A stretch of 64,000 bases of DNA, taken from contig JAYKGY010000128.1 in NCBI GenBank assembly GCA_035285545.1, positions 32,001 to 96,000 on the forward strand, given 5' to 3'. The notes beneath the pieces were generated by a model. That model saw only the letters and a program-made list of their open reading frames with translations. It ran no database searches and was not told the DNA's origin. Positions 1 to 8,449 of the stretch are shown here, piece after piece (the first letter of the stretch is position 1; every line of letters starts with the position of its first letter). The position numbers and the translations under genes are program-made. This DNA comes from Snowella sp. (GTDB lineage Bacteria; Cyanobacteriota; Cyanobacteriia; Cyanobacteriales; Microcystaceae).

Positions 1-41
1 TCCCAACTATAAACGAGGTTAAAAGTTAACAAAGGCTAGAT

Positions 42-1295
42 TTAGTTTTGGGACATTGTCTGAGTGGGAAGAGTCCCAACTTTAATCGAAATTTTCATAG
101 AACGAGCATCACGGGAAACTTCTAGGGGAAGTTCTGAACCAATGCTGGTTTTTTCAACGATGTTTTGCACTTCGCTAGGGGTTTTAATAGCTTGACCGTT
201 GATACTTTGAATTACGTCACCAGAGCGGATACCGGCTACATCGGCGGGAGAATTAGGCATAACTCGCATAATGATTACACCGCGATCGCCGTTGACGACT
301 AAGCCATTGCGTTCCCGTAATTGTTTCTGCAACTCAGGGGTTAATTCCACCATTTGCACACCGAGGTAGGGATGATTGACTTTTCCTGTGGCGATTAATT
401 GTTGGGCAATTTGTTGGGCTTTGTTAATGGGAATAGCAAACCCAATACCCTGAGCATTTTGGATAATGGCAGTGTTCATGCCGATCACTTCACCGTTGGC
501 ATTGAGGAGCGGGCCACCTGAGTTTCCTGGGTTAATCGCCGCATCGGTTTGGATAAATTCGACCCGTTTATCACTAACTCCGATTTCTGAGCTACTGCGA
601 CCACTGGCACTAATGATCCCTGTCGTAACGGTATTATCTAACCCCAAGGGATTCCCGATCGCGATCGCCCATTCGCCGACCTGTAAATTATCCGAATTTC
701 CCACTTTGACAACGGGTAAATTATCCGCCTCGATTTTAATCACTGCGACATCGGTGCGGGGATCACTCCCCATCACTTTTCCAGTAAAAGTACGACCATC
801 TTTAAGCGTTACGGTAACTTCATCTGCGCCGTCAACCACATGGGCATTGGTTAAAATTTGGCCATTTTTAGTGAGGATAAAACCGGAGCCTACCCCTCGC
901 TGTACTTGCTTATCCCGGAAATGGGGCATTTGAGACCCAAAGAAACCTCTAAAGAAGGGATCATTAAAGATTTCGGGAGCTTGCGTTCTCACGGTTTTTT
1001 GAGCATTAATCCGTACTACCGCAGGGCCAGTTTCCTTAACCACATCAACCACAAAATTACTAGGGGCAGGAATCGCCGCTACGGCCGTTTTGGGGGTAAG
1101 AATTTCCTGATCGGTTTTAATAATGGCGGTTTTTTCTGATAACTTCGCCATTAACTGAGGATTGGTTACCGCATAGGTTCCGCCGACTCCTATTCCCATT
1201 CCCATTAACACGAGTCCGAGATAGGCAAAGGGTTTTTTAGAGGCATTAGTCTTTGACATAGAGTCTTTCATAGGTTGTTTGTTAGCGTTAATCAT
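42..1295 (-). CDS. HtrA/DegP-family serine protease (HhoA/HhoB/HtrA) with PDZ domain
   Basis: TNAHVV, DVAVIK and GNSGGPL trypsin catalytic motifs; N-terminal hydrophobic segment; C-terminal PDZ-like region. Confidence 0.95.
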   Translation of the reverse strand: MINANKQPMKDSMSKTNASKKPFAYLGLVLMGMGIGVGGTYAVTNPQLMAKLSEKTAIIKTDQEILTPKTAVAAIPAPSNFVVDVVKETGPAVVRINAQKTVRTQAPEIFNDPFFRGFFGSQMPHFRDKQVQRGVGSGFILTKNGQILTNAHVVDGADEVTVTLKDGRTFTGKVMGSDPRTDVAVIKIEADNLPVVKVGNSDNLQVGEWAIAIGNPLGLDNTVTTGIISASGRSSSEIGVSDKRVEFIQTDAAINPGNSGGPLLNANGEVIGMNTAIIQNAQGIGFAIPINKAQQIAQQLIATGKVNHPYLGVQMVELTPELQKQLRERNGLVVNGDRGVIIMRVMPNSPADVAGIRSGDVIQSINGQAIKTPSEVQNIVEKTSIGSELPLEVSRDARSMKISIKVGTLPTQTMSQN

Positions 1296-1386
1296 ATTTA
1301 GCTTTCAATAAGGAAGAAAGTCAGCCCGGTGAGGAGCATCTGGGAAAACGGTTGGGGCTGACATTCATTAATATAGGAAACTCATT

Positions 1387-1424
1387 TGACGAGGTTATGA
1401 CAACAGCATGAACTTTTTGTGACA
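1387..1424 (-). promoter_or_regulatory. Four 11-bp-periodic direct repeats (minus strand GTCAC/TTCAT/GTCAT/GTCAA), candidate OmpR/PhoB-family binding site upstream of htrA
   Basis: TGAC at 1387, 1398 and 1420 and TGAA at 1409 on the + strand; a TATATT -10-like hexamer lies just downstream on the minus strand (about 1370-1375). Confidence 0.5.
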
Positions 1425-1462
1425 AGATTCTATGGCTTGTTTTACAATACAAATCATGGTTT

Positions 1463-2416
1463 TTAATGGATTTGTTGAGAAAACCAGGGTAAGGCAAAGG
1501 CCAAAAGAACGCTAACCCCTAAACCCAAGCTCGCTTTACTGATATCTTTAAAAATTAAATTTCCAGTTTCCCTCAAGGATCGAATTTGAAGATTGAACGC
1601 GATCGCAACTTCACGACCTGCCAATAATCCAATAAACACCCAGGTTGTGCTCATGGGCATTTGACTGTATTGCTGAAAAAAGAGCAGAATAAAACCATAA
1701 ATGAAATTAATTAACGTCGCAGAGCGAATATCTTGAGTATTGGTCTTAGAAGTCACGATTTTTTCAATTTCTCCCCCGTGCTGATAAAAAATCATGGCCT
1801 GTAATGCCAGCATCATCCCCAAAGAAAAGACTAACCATACCAGGCTTAACTGACGGGGTAAATAGACAAAAATATTGGCTAAATCCTGAATTAACCATTG
1901 ACTCCAGAGAAAGGCGGTTGCTCCCCACTGCAAAAAACTCCAATAGGTCGCGATCGGTTTATCCGCAGACTCAATAAAAGTTTTCTCCAACAATTGACTA
2001 ATCACTTGATAAAGCCCCATAGCAACGACAAAGGCTAACCCATAACCCAAAAGGGATTTGGTGAGCATTTCGGTTAAATTCCCAGGTTCAAACACCGTCA
2101 GAATCAAAAACGTGGTACTCACGGGAATGCCAAAACTGGTTAAAAAGAGCAGGGCTAAGGGGGGAATGACATAAATCCCATTCAGGGGATCGGGCAACGG
2201 AAAGGCACTCAAACGACCATAGGAAATATCGCCCTGATGAATGAACCAGCCATAGGTGAGAATGCCGATAAGAATCGTACTGGTAAAGAGCCATAGTACC
2301 CACCAGGGCTTTTTTTCGTTAGAACTCAGAAATGGGCCCAAAATTTGTAGGGCATCGTTGCCCACAATGGAGTAGGCGGCTAACAAAAAACCACTGATCA
2401 TCCAGAAATAAGCCAT
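1463..2416 (-). CDS. Polytopic membrane protein, phosphate/sulfate permease (PiT-like)
   Basis: Many TM helices; GND(A) motif and PVSTT/PMSTT repeat motifs typical of PiT-like transporters. Confidence 0.65.
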   Translation of the reverse strand: MAYFWMISGFLLAAYSIVGNDALQILGPFLSSNEKKPWWVLWLFTSTILIGILTYGWFIHQGDISYGRLSAFPLPDPLNGIYVIPPLALLFLTSFGIPVSTTFLILTVFEPGNLTEMLTKSLLGYGLAFVVAMGLYQVISQLLEKTFIESADKPIATYWSFLQWGATAFLWSQWLIQDLANIFVYLPRQLSLVWLVFSLGMMLALQAMIFYQHGGEIEKIVTSKTNTQDIRSATLINFIYGFILLFFQQYSQMPMSTTWVFIGLLAGREVAIAFNLQIRSLRETGNLIFKDISKASLGLGVSVLLAFALPWFSQQIH

Positions 2417-2506
2417 TGACTTGCCTAAAATTGATCAACTATCTTGCAACTTAAAATCCTCCAGGCTCAATGCGCTGTTTCGAGCTGAGGGGAGAGAATG
2501 CAACGA

Positions 2507-3076
2507 TTAGAGCAATTGAATTTCAAAATTGATTAAAACATCTTCACCCTTTAGCATAACGGGTAAGCTTAAGCTTTCAACTTCCCTATTCAGACGATAA
2601 ATTTCGACTTGTTTATCCTGCCGATTGATTAACCAGCCTAGACGACAAGCATTGGCTCGATATTCCTCCATTTTTTGACGGGCCTTTTGGACTGAATCGC
2701 TGGGCGAAACTAATTCAATGACAAAATCAGGACAGAGGGGTAAAAACTTTTCTCGTTGTTCTGGCGTTAAGGCTTGCCATCGGGATTTCTCAATCCAAGC
2801 TACATCCGGCGATCGCGTCGCCCCATTGGGCAAAATAAACCCTGTAGAGGAATCAAAGACTTCTCCGAATTGATACTGCTGATTCCAAAGCTGAATCTGA
2901 AAATTTAGCTGACTATTTTGTCGTCCCGTTTCTCCCCCTGTCGGCGGCATAATGACTAATTCTCCCGTTGCAGTCCGTTCCAACTTCAGATCAGGATTCG
3001 CTAAACAAAGCTGTTGAAACTGTTCATTATTTAACGTAAAAATTGGTTCTAGGGTTAACGTTAAAGCCGTCATCAA
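2507..3076 (-). CDS. Uma2-family (DUF820) putative endonuclease
   Basis: LERTATGELVIMPP, DSSTGF, RSPDVAW, PDFVIELVSPSD motifs. Confidence 0.93.
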   Translation of the reverse strand: MMTALTLTLEPIFTLNNEQFQQLCLANPDLKLERTATGELVIMPPTGGETGRQNSQLNFQIQLWNQQYQFGEVFDSSTGFILPNGATRSPDVAWIEKSRWQALTPEQREKFLPLCPDFVIELVSPSDSVQKARQKMEEYRANACRLGWLINRQDKQVEIYRLNREVESLSLPVMLKGEDVLINFEIQLL

Positions 3077-3160
3077 TTTTAATTATTTGGAATAAAAAGT
3101 CAATAAATACAATCAATTACACAAGTCAAATTATTTTAAAGTAAATAGTTTTTTTTGATA

Positions 3161-3225
3161 AGGACAGAATAGTATTATGTCCCTACAGGAATTTTTTTCG
3201 TAGGGATCTAACACTGTTAAATCCT
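3161..3225. repeat. Pair of GTAG-type REP-like imperfect palindromes in opposite orientation
   Basis: GGACAGAATA-G-TATTATGTCC-CTAC (3162-3186) and GTAG-GGATCTAACA-C-TGTTAAATCC (3200-3224); each is a 10-bp stem with one mismatch. Confidence 0.6.
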
Positions 3226-3275
3226 TGGGAATGTTATTTGATTGCTTTACTTGATTTAATGCTTCAATACTTCAA

Positions 3276-4370
3276 TTAAAGCAATAAAGTTACGTTATTA
3301 TCTACAGATTTAGCATTCGGTGGTAAATTAAAACTGGTAAATTGTTGGAAGAAATAACGCATTTTTAGGGGAAACTCTGGAAAATCAAAATTGCCATCTC
3401 CCGCAGCGACATCGGCCCAAAAATAGCGCAAGTGGGGAATATATTGTTCGACTTCAGCAGCCGGTAAATTGACGGGGGGCAGGGTCAATAATTTGGTCAT
3501 GAAAAAAGCTGAGCGATCGCCGAGAAACTGTCGAGACTTTTGGGCTAAATTTTCCCAGCCGGGGACAGAATCAATGCGATGGGATTGAACCGATAATGTA
3601 AGTTGCCCATTGGGTTCATATTCAGCATCAATAACACGATAAGGATGGGGATAACTCACTAATGAGCCGGTGGTCATTTCGTAAATGCCTTCTTGATAGG
3701 CTAAATCTTGAACGTGTAAATGGCCGGTAAAAATTAATTTAACGCCATACTTTTTGAGGATCGCTAATAATTCTGGAGCGTTATCCAACATATACCGATA
3801 ACCCAAAGCGTGTTGAGATTGGTTGGGTAAATGTTCGATCACATTATGATGAATCATCACCCAAATTTGTTTATCTTGCAGTTGGGGTAATAGATTTTCT
3901 AGCCACTGTAATTGTTCTTCATCTAAGTGACCAATTTGTTCTCCTGCGGCATTGAATTGATTGGAATTTAGACCAATTAATTGTAATCCTGGTAAAATTT
4001 CGTGGGTGTAATAACATTGCTGAGAATTGTCATAACCACAGTGCTGATAATAACGGGGAAAATCGGTCAAACCGACGGATTGATCTTGGGTGTTAAGCGT
4101 AGGAACATCGTGATTTCCTGGAATAACATAGGTCGGAAATGGTAATTGTTTTAATCGATTTTGTAACCATTGATGATTGACGATTTCTCCGTCCTGGGTT
4201 AAGTCCCCAGGAATTAATAAAAAATCTAAGTTGAGTTGCTCTAAATGGCTGATCGTTTTTTCAAAGGCGGGAATGCTAACTTCTACCATGTGAAAACGAG
4301 TAGCGATCGCGTCAATGGTTTCGGGAATGGCAATGTGGGGATCGCTAAGAATCGCAAATCGAAACTTCAT
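3276..4370 (-). CDS. Calcineurin-like metallophosphoesterase
   Basis: DPH, GDLTQDG, GNHD, HH and GHLH metal-binding motifs. Confidence 0.92.
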   Translation of the reverse strand: MKFRFAILSDPHIAIPETIDAIATRFHMVEVSIPAFEKTISHLEQLNLDFLLIPGDLTQDGEIVNHQWLQNRLKQLPFPTYVIPGNHDVPTLNTQDQSVGLTDFPRYYQHCGYDNSQQCYYTHEILPGLQLIGLNSNQFNAAGEQIGHLDEEQLQWLENLLPQLQDKQIWVMIHHNVIEHLPNQSQHALGYRYMLDNAPELLAILKKYGVKLIFTGHLHVQDLAYQEGIYEMTTGSLVSYPHPYRVIDAEYEPNGQLTLSVQSHRIDSVPGWENLAQKSRQFLGDRSAFFMTKLLTLPPVNLPAAEVEQYIPHLRYFWADVAAGDGNFDFPEFPLKMRYFFQQFTSFNLPPNAKSVDNNVTLLL

Positions 4371-4425
4371 CGGGAATAATGGATTAGGAACGTACTTTTA
4401 TTATCATACGCAGGAGAATTCAATC

Positions 4426-5061
4426 TTGGCCAGAGTTCGTGTTCGTCAGCACGTTAATCCCCTTGCTCAGAAATATCGTTCGGTTATTGCCGCACCGAAT
4501 TGGGCAGCGGTTTACCGTGAGCCACAGTTACCGTTTCATTTAGATATTGGTTGTGCGAGAGGAAAATTTTTATTAAATATGGCTCAGGTACAGCCAAAGA
4601 CTAATTTTTTAGGGGTAGAAATTCGCGAACCCTTAGTGATTGAGGCCAATGAACAGCGCGATCGCTTGGGGTTGACCAATTTGCATTTTCTCTTCGGCAA
4701 TATGAATACGTCGGCATTGAGCTTACTAGAATCCCTACCTGGCCCCTTAACCTGGGTATCAATCCAGTTTCCCGATCCCTGGTTTAAGCAACGTCACAGT
4801 AAACGCCGAGTTGTCCAACCGGAGTTAGTAAATGCCTTAGCTCAGGTTTTGGTTCCGAATGGACGGGTGTTACTGCAATCCGATGTGGAAAGGGTCGCTG
4901 CCGAAATGCGCGATCGCTTTACCGAAAATCCTCAGTTTCAACCACTCCATCCAGAAACCTGGTTAGCTGAAAACCTCTTACCCGTCCCAACAGAACGAGA
5001 AACCGCGTGTTTTAACCTAGAGCGTCCAGTTTATCGCGTTTTACTGGAAAAATTTGTATGA
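4426..5061 (+). CDS. trmB: tRNA (guanine-N7)-methyltransferase
   Basis: DIGCARGKF, GVEIR and FPDPWFKQRHSKRR motifs; likely start is TTG 4426 after AGGAG (the ORF track extends to 4315). Confidence 0.95.
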   Translation: MARVRVRQHVNPLAQKYRSVIAAPNWAAVYREPQLPFHLDIGCARGKFLLNMAQVQPKTNFLGVEIREPLVIEANEQRDRLGLTNLHFLFGNMNTSALSLLESLPGPLTWVSIQFPDPWFKQRHSKRRVVQPELVNALAQVLVPNGRVLLQSDVERVAAEMRDRFTENPQFQPLHPETWLAENLLPVPTERETACFNLERPVYRVLLEKFV

Positions 5062-5066
5062 TTTTG

Positions 5067-5597
5067 TCATGCATGGGATTTAAATCGGTCTAAAGCCGGA
5101 TTAATTTGGGTGGTGAGATGGATCAGTTCAGGCAAAATTAAACTTTCCATCGCTAATTTCACGGCATTGGTAGAACCCGGCAATGAGAAAACCAATTTTT
5201 GTTGATAAACTCCCGCAACCGCACGGGACGCGATCGCTCTCGAACCAATTTCTTGATAACACAGAAAACGGAAGATTTCGCCAAAACCAGGCAAGGTTTT
5301 TTCTAATAAACGATTCACCGCATCAAAGGTTGTATCTCTTGGGGCAATCCCTGTTCCGCCATTTAAAATAATGACCTCAACCAAGGAGTCTCGACCTAAT
5401 GCCTCTAGATGGGAGCGAATTAGAGCCGGTTCATCAGGCAAAATGTGGTAGGAATCAATATTATGACCGGCATGAACTAAAAAATGTTGAATCATCTGAC
5501 CACTGCGATCCGTTTCGGGCGTGCGGGTATCACTGACAGTAATCACGGCACAATTTAAGGAAAGAGCCTCAGCATCAGGATGGGGAATTGTCGTCAT
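5067..5597 (-). CDS. moaB: Molybdenum cofactor biosynthesis protein MoaB/MogA
   Basis: ITVSD, GGTGIAPRDTT, LPGFGE and LPGS motifs. Confidence 0.92.
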   Translation of the reverse strand: MTTIPHPDAEALSLNCAVITVSDTRTPETDRSGQMIQHFLVHAGHNIDSYHILPDEPALIRSHLEALGRDSLVEVIILNGGTGIAPRDTTFDAVNRLLEKTLPGFGEIFRFLCYQEIGSRAIASRAVAGVYQQKLVFSLPGSTNAVKLAMESLILPELIHLTTQINPALDRFKSHA

Positions 5598-6096
5598 CGG
5601 TTACTAATCCAAACAATAAGAGTAGACACTTTTTAAAGCGATCGCGAATCCTTAAAAACAATAGGAATTCTTCAATTAGATTAAAGAGTCTAGTAAGATG
5701 AAACTCTTCTTTACTATAAACTAAACTACCTCTTTAGATAGATTTTTAGAAGGAAATAGCGGGAAACCGCTCCCTTTCGTTCGGGAATTTCTCTCCTCTA
5801 ATCCTTACCCACAAAGGATTATTAAGGGATCATAGAAATAGTCGCTCACTTTACCAATCGTACTTGAAATTCTTGTACAAACCTTTGCTGAATATTCTGA
5901 GCAATTTGCTCTTTAGTTCCCTTCCCTATCTCTTGAACCCATTGAGATCTGCCGGAGTCTAAAGAAGTGCGTTATCATGGATTTAGCCAAAGTCATATCG
6001 ACTTCACCTTAAGATTCTGCGTATTGATTACGGCGAATTTTGGGAAATATTAAAGTAGTGACAGACTTTCTGCTGGTTTAAGGAGTCAACCCTTCA

Positions 6097-7083
6097 ATGC
6101 CTACCGCTAATTTGAACAAAACCGCTAAACAGCCTACCTATTCGGCCGATATGGTGCGGACTTATCTGCATGAAATTGGGCGGGTACCTCTACTCACACA
6201 CGAACAAGAAATTATCTACGGGAAACAAGTCCAGAAAATGATGCCGTTAATTGAGCAGCGCGATCAATTGGCTCAGAAGTTGGGACGGGAACCGGATTTA
6301 GCGGAGTGGACAGAGGCTGTTCAACTGAAACCTGAGGAATTGAATCGTATCGTTCAACTGGGTAATCGCGCCAAACAAAAAATGATTGAGGCCAATTTGC
6401 GCTTAGTCGTCGCGATCGCCAAGAAATACCAAAAGCGCAATATGGAATTTTTGGACTTGATCCAAGAAGGTAGCCTGGGGCTGGAACGGGGTGTGGAAAA
6501 ATTTGACCCCACCAAAGGGTATAAGTTTTCAACCTATGCGTACTGGTGGATTCGTCAAGCCATCACCAGAGCGATCGCCCAGCAAGCCCGAACCATTCGC
6601 TTACCCATTCATATCACCGAAAAGCTCAATAAAATCAAGAAAACCCAACGGGAACTTTCCCAGCAATTGGGACGAAATGCCACCCCTGCCGAAATTGCAG
6701 AAGCCTTAGAAATTGAACCAGGCCAAATTCGGGAATATCTCAGCATGGCACGGCAACCCATTTCCCTCGATGTACGAGTCGGAGACAATCAAGACACCGA
6801 ATTATCAGAACTGCTGGAAGATGAAGGCATTACCCCTGATAACTACATTACCCAAGAGCTAATGCGTCAAGACCTTAAAAGTCTGATGTCGGAATTAACG
6901 CCCCAACAGCAGACCGTCTTAACCCTACGTTTTGGCTTAGAGGATGGAAAAGAGTTATCCCTAGCAAAAATTGGCCAACGGCTCAATATTAGTCGAGAAC
7001 GAGTCCGTCAATTAGAACATCAAGCATTAGCGCATTTGCGGAGACGACGTTCTAATGTGGAAGAATATATTGCGGCTAGCTAA
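6097..7083 (+). CDS. sigB: Group 2 RNA polymerase sigma factor SigB
   Basis: DMVRTYLHEIGRVPLL, ANLRLVV, KFSTYAYWWIRQ and region 4 HTH; N-terminus typical of SigB. Confidence 0.88.
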   Translation: MPTANLNKTAKQPTYSADMVRTYLHEIGRVPLLTHEQEIIYGKQVQKMMPLIEQRDQLAQKLGREPDLAEWTEAVQLKPEELNRIVQLGNRAKQKMIEANLRLVVAIAKKYQKRNMEFLDLIQEGSLGLERGVEKFDPTKGYKFSTYAYWWIRQAITRAIAQQARTIRLPIHITEKLNKIKKTQRELSQQLGRNATPAEIAEALEIEPGQIREYLSMARQPISLDVRVGDNQDTELSELLEDEGITPDNYITQELMRQDLKSLMSELTPQQQTVLTLRFGLEDGKELSLAKIGQRLNISRERVRQLEHQALAHLRRRRSNVEEYIAAS

Positions 7084-7140
7084 ATTCATTCAAGACTCTA
7101 ACCATTTTCTCAAGAAAGTGTCATTTAAAAAAAATTAATT

Positions 7141-7169
7141 AGGAGGTGGGATAATTCTACCTCCTTTTT
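7141..7169 (+). terminator. Rho-independent terminator between convergent sigB and permease genes
   Basis: AGGAGGTGG...CTACCTCCT stem followed by a T run. Confidence 0.7.
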
Positions 7170-7201
7170 CGTAATAAGCTTATCTGTAAAAGTCTTTATA
7201 A

Positions 7202-7993
7202 TTAGCTAGAAGCACTGGTATAAAAGCGTAACGCAAAACGCCAAAATAAATTCGCTATTACTAATAAAACAATCGCTAAAATTGCGGCACTAACTAACCA
7301 ACTGAATGCGATTTTTCCTAATAATGCTTCCGCAGGAATGGTCGTTAAAAAAGCAACGGGAATGACAAAGGTAAAAAAGATGCGATATCCCAAGGGAAAG
7401 GCGGCAATCGGATACCGTCCTGCTTCTAATAATCCTCTTAAAACTTCTGTAACATTATGGATTTTGACAAACCAGATACTTGTTGCACCCAAAATAAACC
7501 AGATACTATAGAGAATGATCATTCCTAACGCGATCGCCAAAAAACTCACAAGATAATTGACAGGCGCAATGTTTAACTGGCTACCGGCATAAAAAATCAG
7601 TAAAATCCCAAAAAATAAATCAGGAATCCCCCAGGGAGAAAGAATTCGCGTCGAGAGCCAAAATTGGCTACTAATGGGCTTTAATAAAATAAAATCCAAG
7701 GTTCCCTGCTGTACATATTCCACAATGCGATTCAAATTCGGAATCAACAACGTTGCAGAAAAGCCCTGCAATAGGGTAAACATCCCCAAAACAATCAGGG
7801 CCTCTGTCCAACTCCATCCCTGAAAGGTATAGCCGGTGCGATAAAACAAAAACAGACTAAAAATACTCCCCACTAAATTGGCCAGACTACTCAGCGAGGC
7901 AATCACAAAATTGAGACGATATTCCAACTCCGCCGCGATCGCGGTTTGCCAAAATATCCCCAAAACCTTTCCATAATAAGTAAGTTGATTCAT
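7202..7993 (-). CDS. ABC-2 type transporter permease (DUF990-like)
   Basis: AELEYRLNF, GTLDFILLKP, RYP and C-terminal YTSASS motifs; 6 TM segments. Confidence 0.88.
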   Translation of the reverse strand: MNQLTYYGKVLGIFWQTAIAAELEYRLNFVIASLSSLANLVGSIFSLFLFYRTGYTFQGWSWTEALIVLGMFTLLQGFSATLLIPNLNRIVEYVQQGTLDFILLKPISSQFWLSTRILSPWGIPDLFFGILLIFYAGSQLNIAPVNYLVSFLAIALGMIILYSIWFILGATSIWFVKIHNVTEVLRGLLEAGRYPIAAFPLGYRIFFTFVIPVAFLTTIPAEALLGKIAFSWLVSAAILAIVLLVIANLFWRFALRFYTSASS

Positions 7994-8023
7994 TATTATT
8001 TAAAAAAACAAGTCATTAAGTTT

Positions 8024-8449
8024 TTAATTTATTGTCCAATCTTCAAATATTAAGTTAGGAACTTTACTAAAATCTCGATGATTACGAGTTAATAAAGTCA
8101 TCTGATTGGCAAGAGTAATTGCTGAAATTTTTAAATCCTGTGTTCCGATTCGTATCTTTTGTTGACGAAATTTTTGATAATAACTTAATGCAAAATTATC
8201 AAAATCTAATAAATTCATACGAGTAAAAAAATCAAAAGTTGCATGAAGATCGGCATAAGCTCTAGGTAGTTTTTCGGGATTATTAGTAAATTTACTGATC
8301 ACGCTAAAGCGTCCTCTAATTTGTTCTTCTAAAGTGATCACAGTAACAAATATTTGAGAGTCATCAACAAATCTAAAACGTTTCAAAAAAATAGGATTAC
8401 CTCGCTGGAGTGCAGTGACATGATCAGTATTGAGAATATATTTTGTCAC
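8024..8449 (-). CDS. PIN-domain VapC-like ribonuclease (first catalytic Asp replaced by Asn)
   Basis: YIL(N)TDH, TLEEQIRG, IGTQDLKI, LTRNHRDF, EDW motifs; GTGA overlap with the upstream gene and GAGGAG RBS. Confidence 0.9.
   Translation of the reverse strand: MTKYILNTDHVTALQRGNPIFLKRFRFVDDSQIFVTVITLEEQIRGRFSVISKFTNNPEKLPRAYADLHATFDFFTRMNLLDFDNFALSYYQKFRQQKIRIGTQDLKISAITLANQMTLLTRNHRDFSKVPNLIFEDWTIN

Noticed and set aside
4315..4425. N-terminal extension of trmB overlapping the divergent phosphoesterase gene
   Set aside because: Homology-like sequence starts at TTG 4426, which has an AGGAG RBS; the extension is an ORF-calling artefact.
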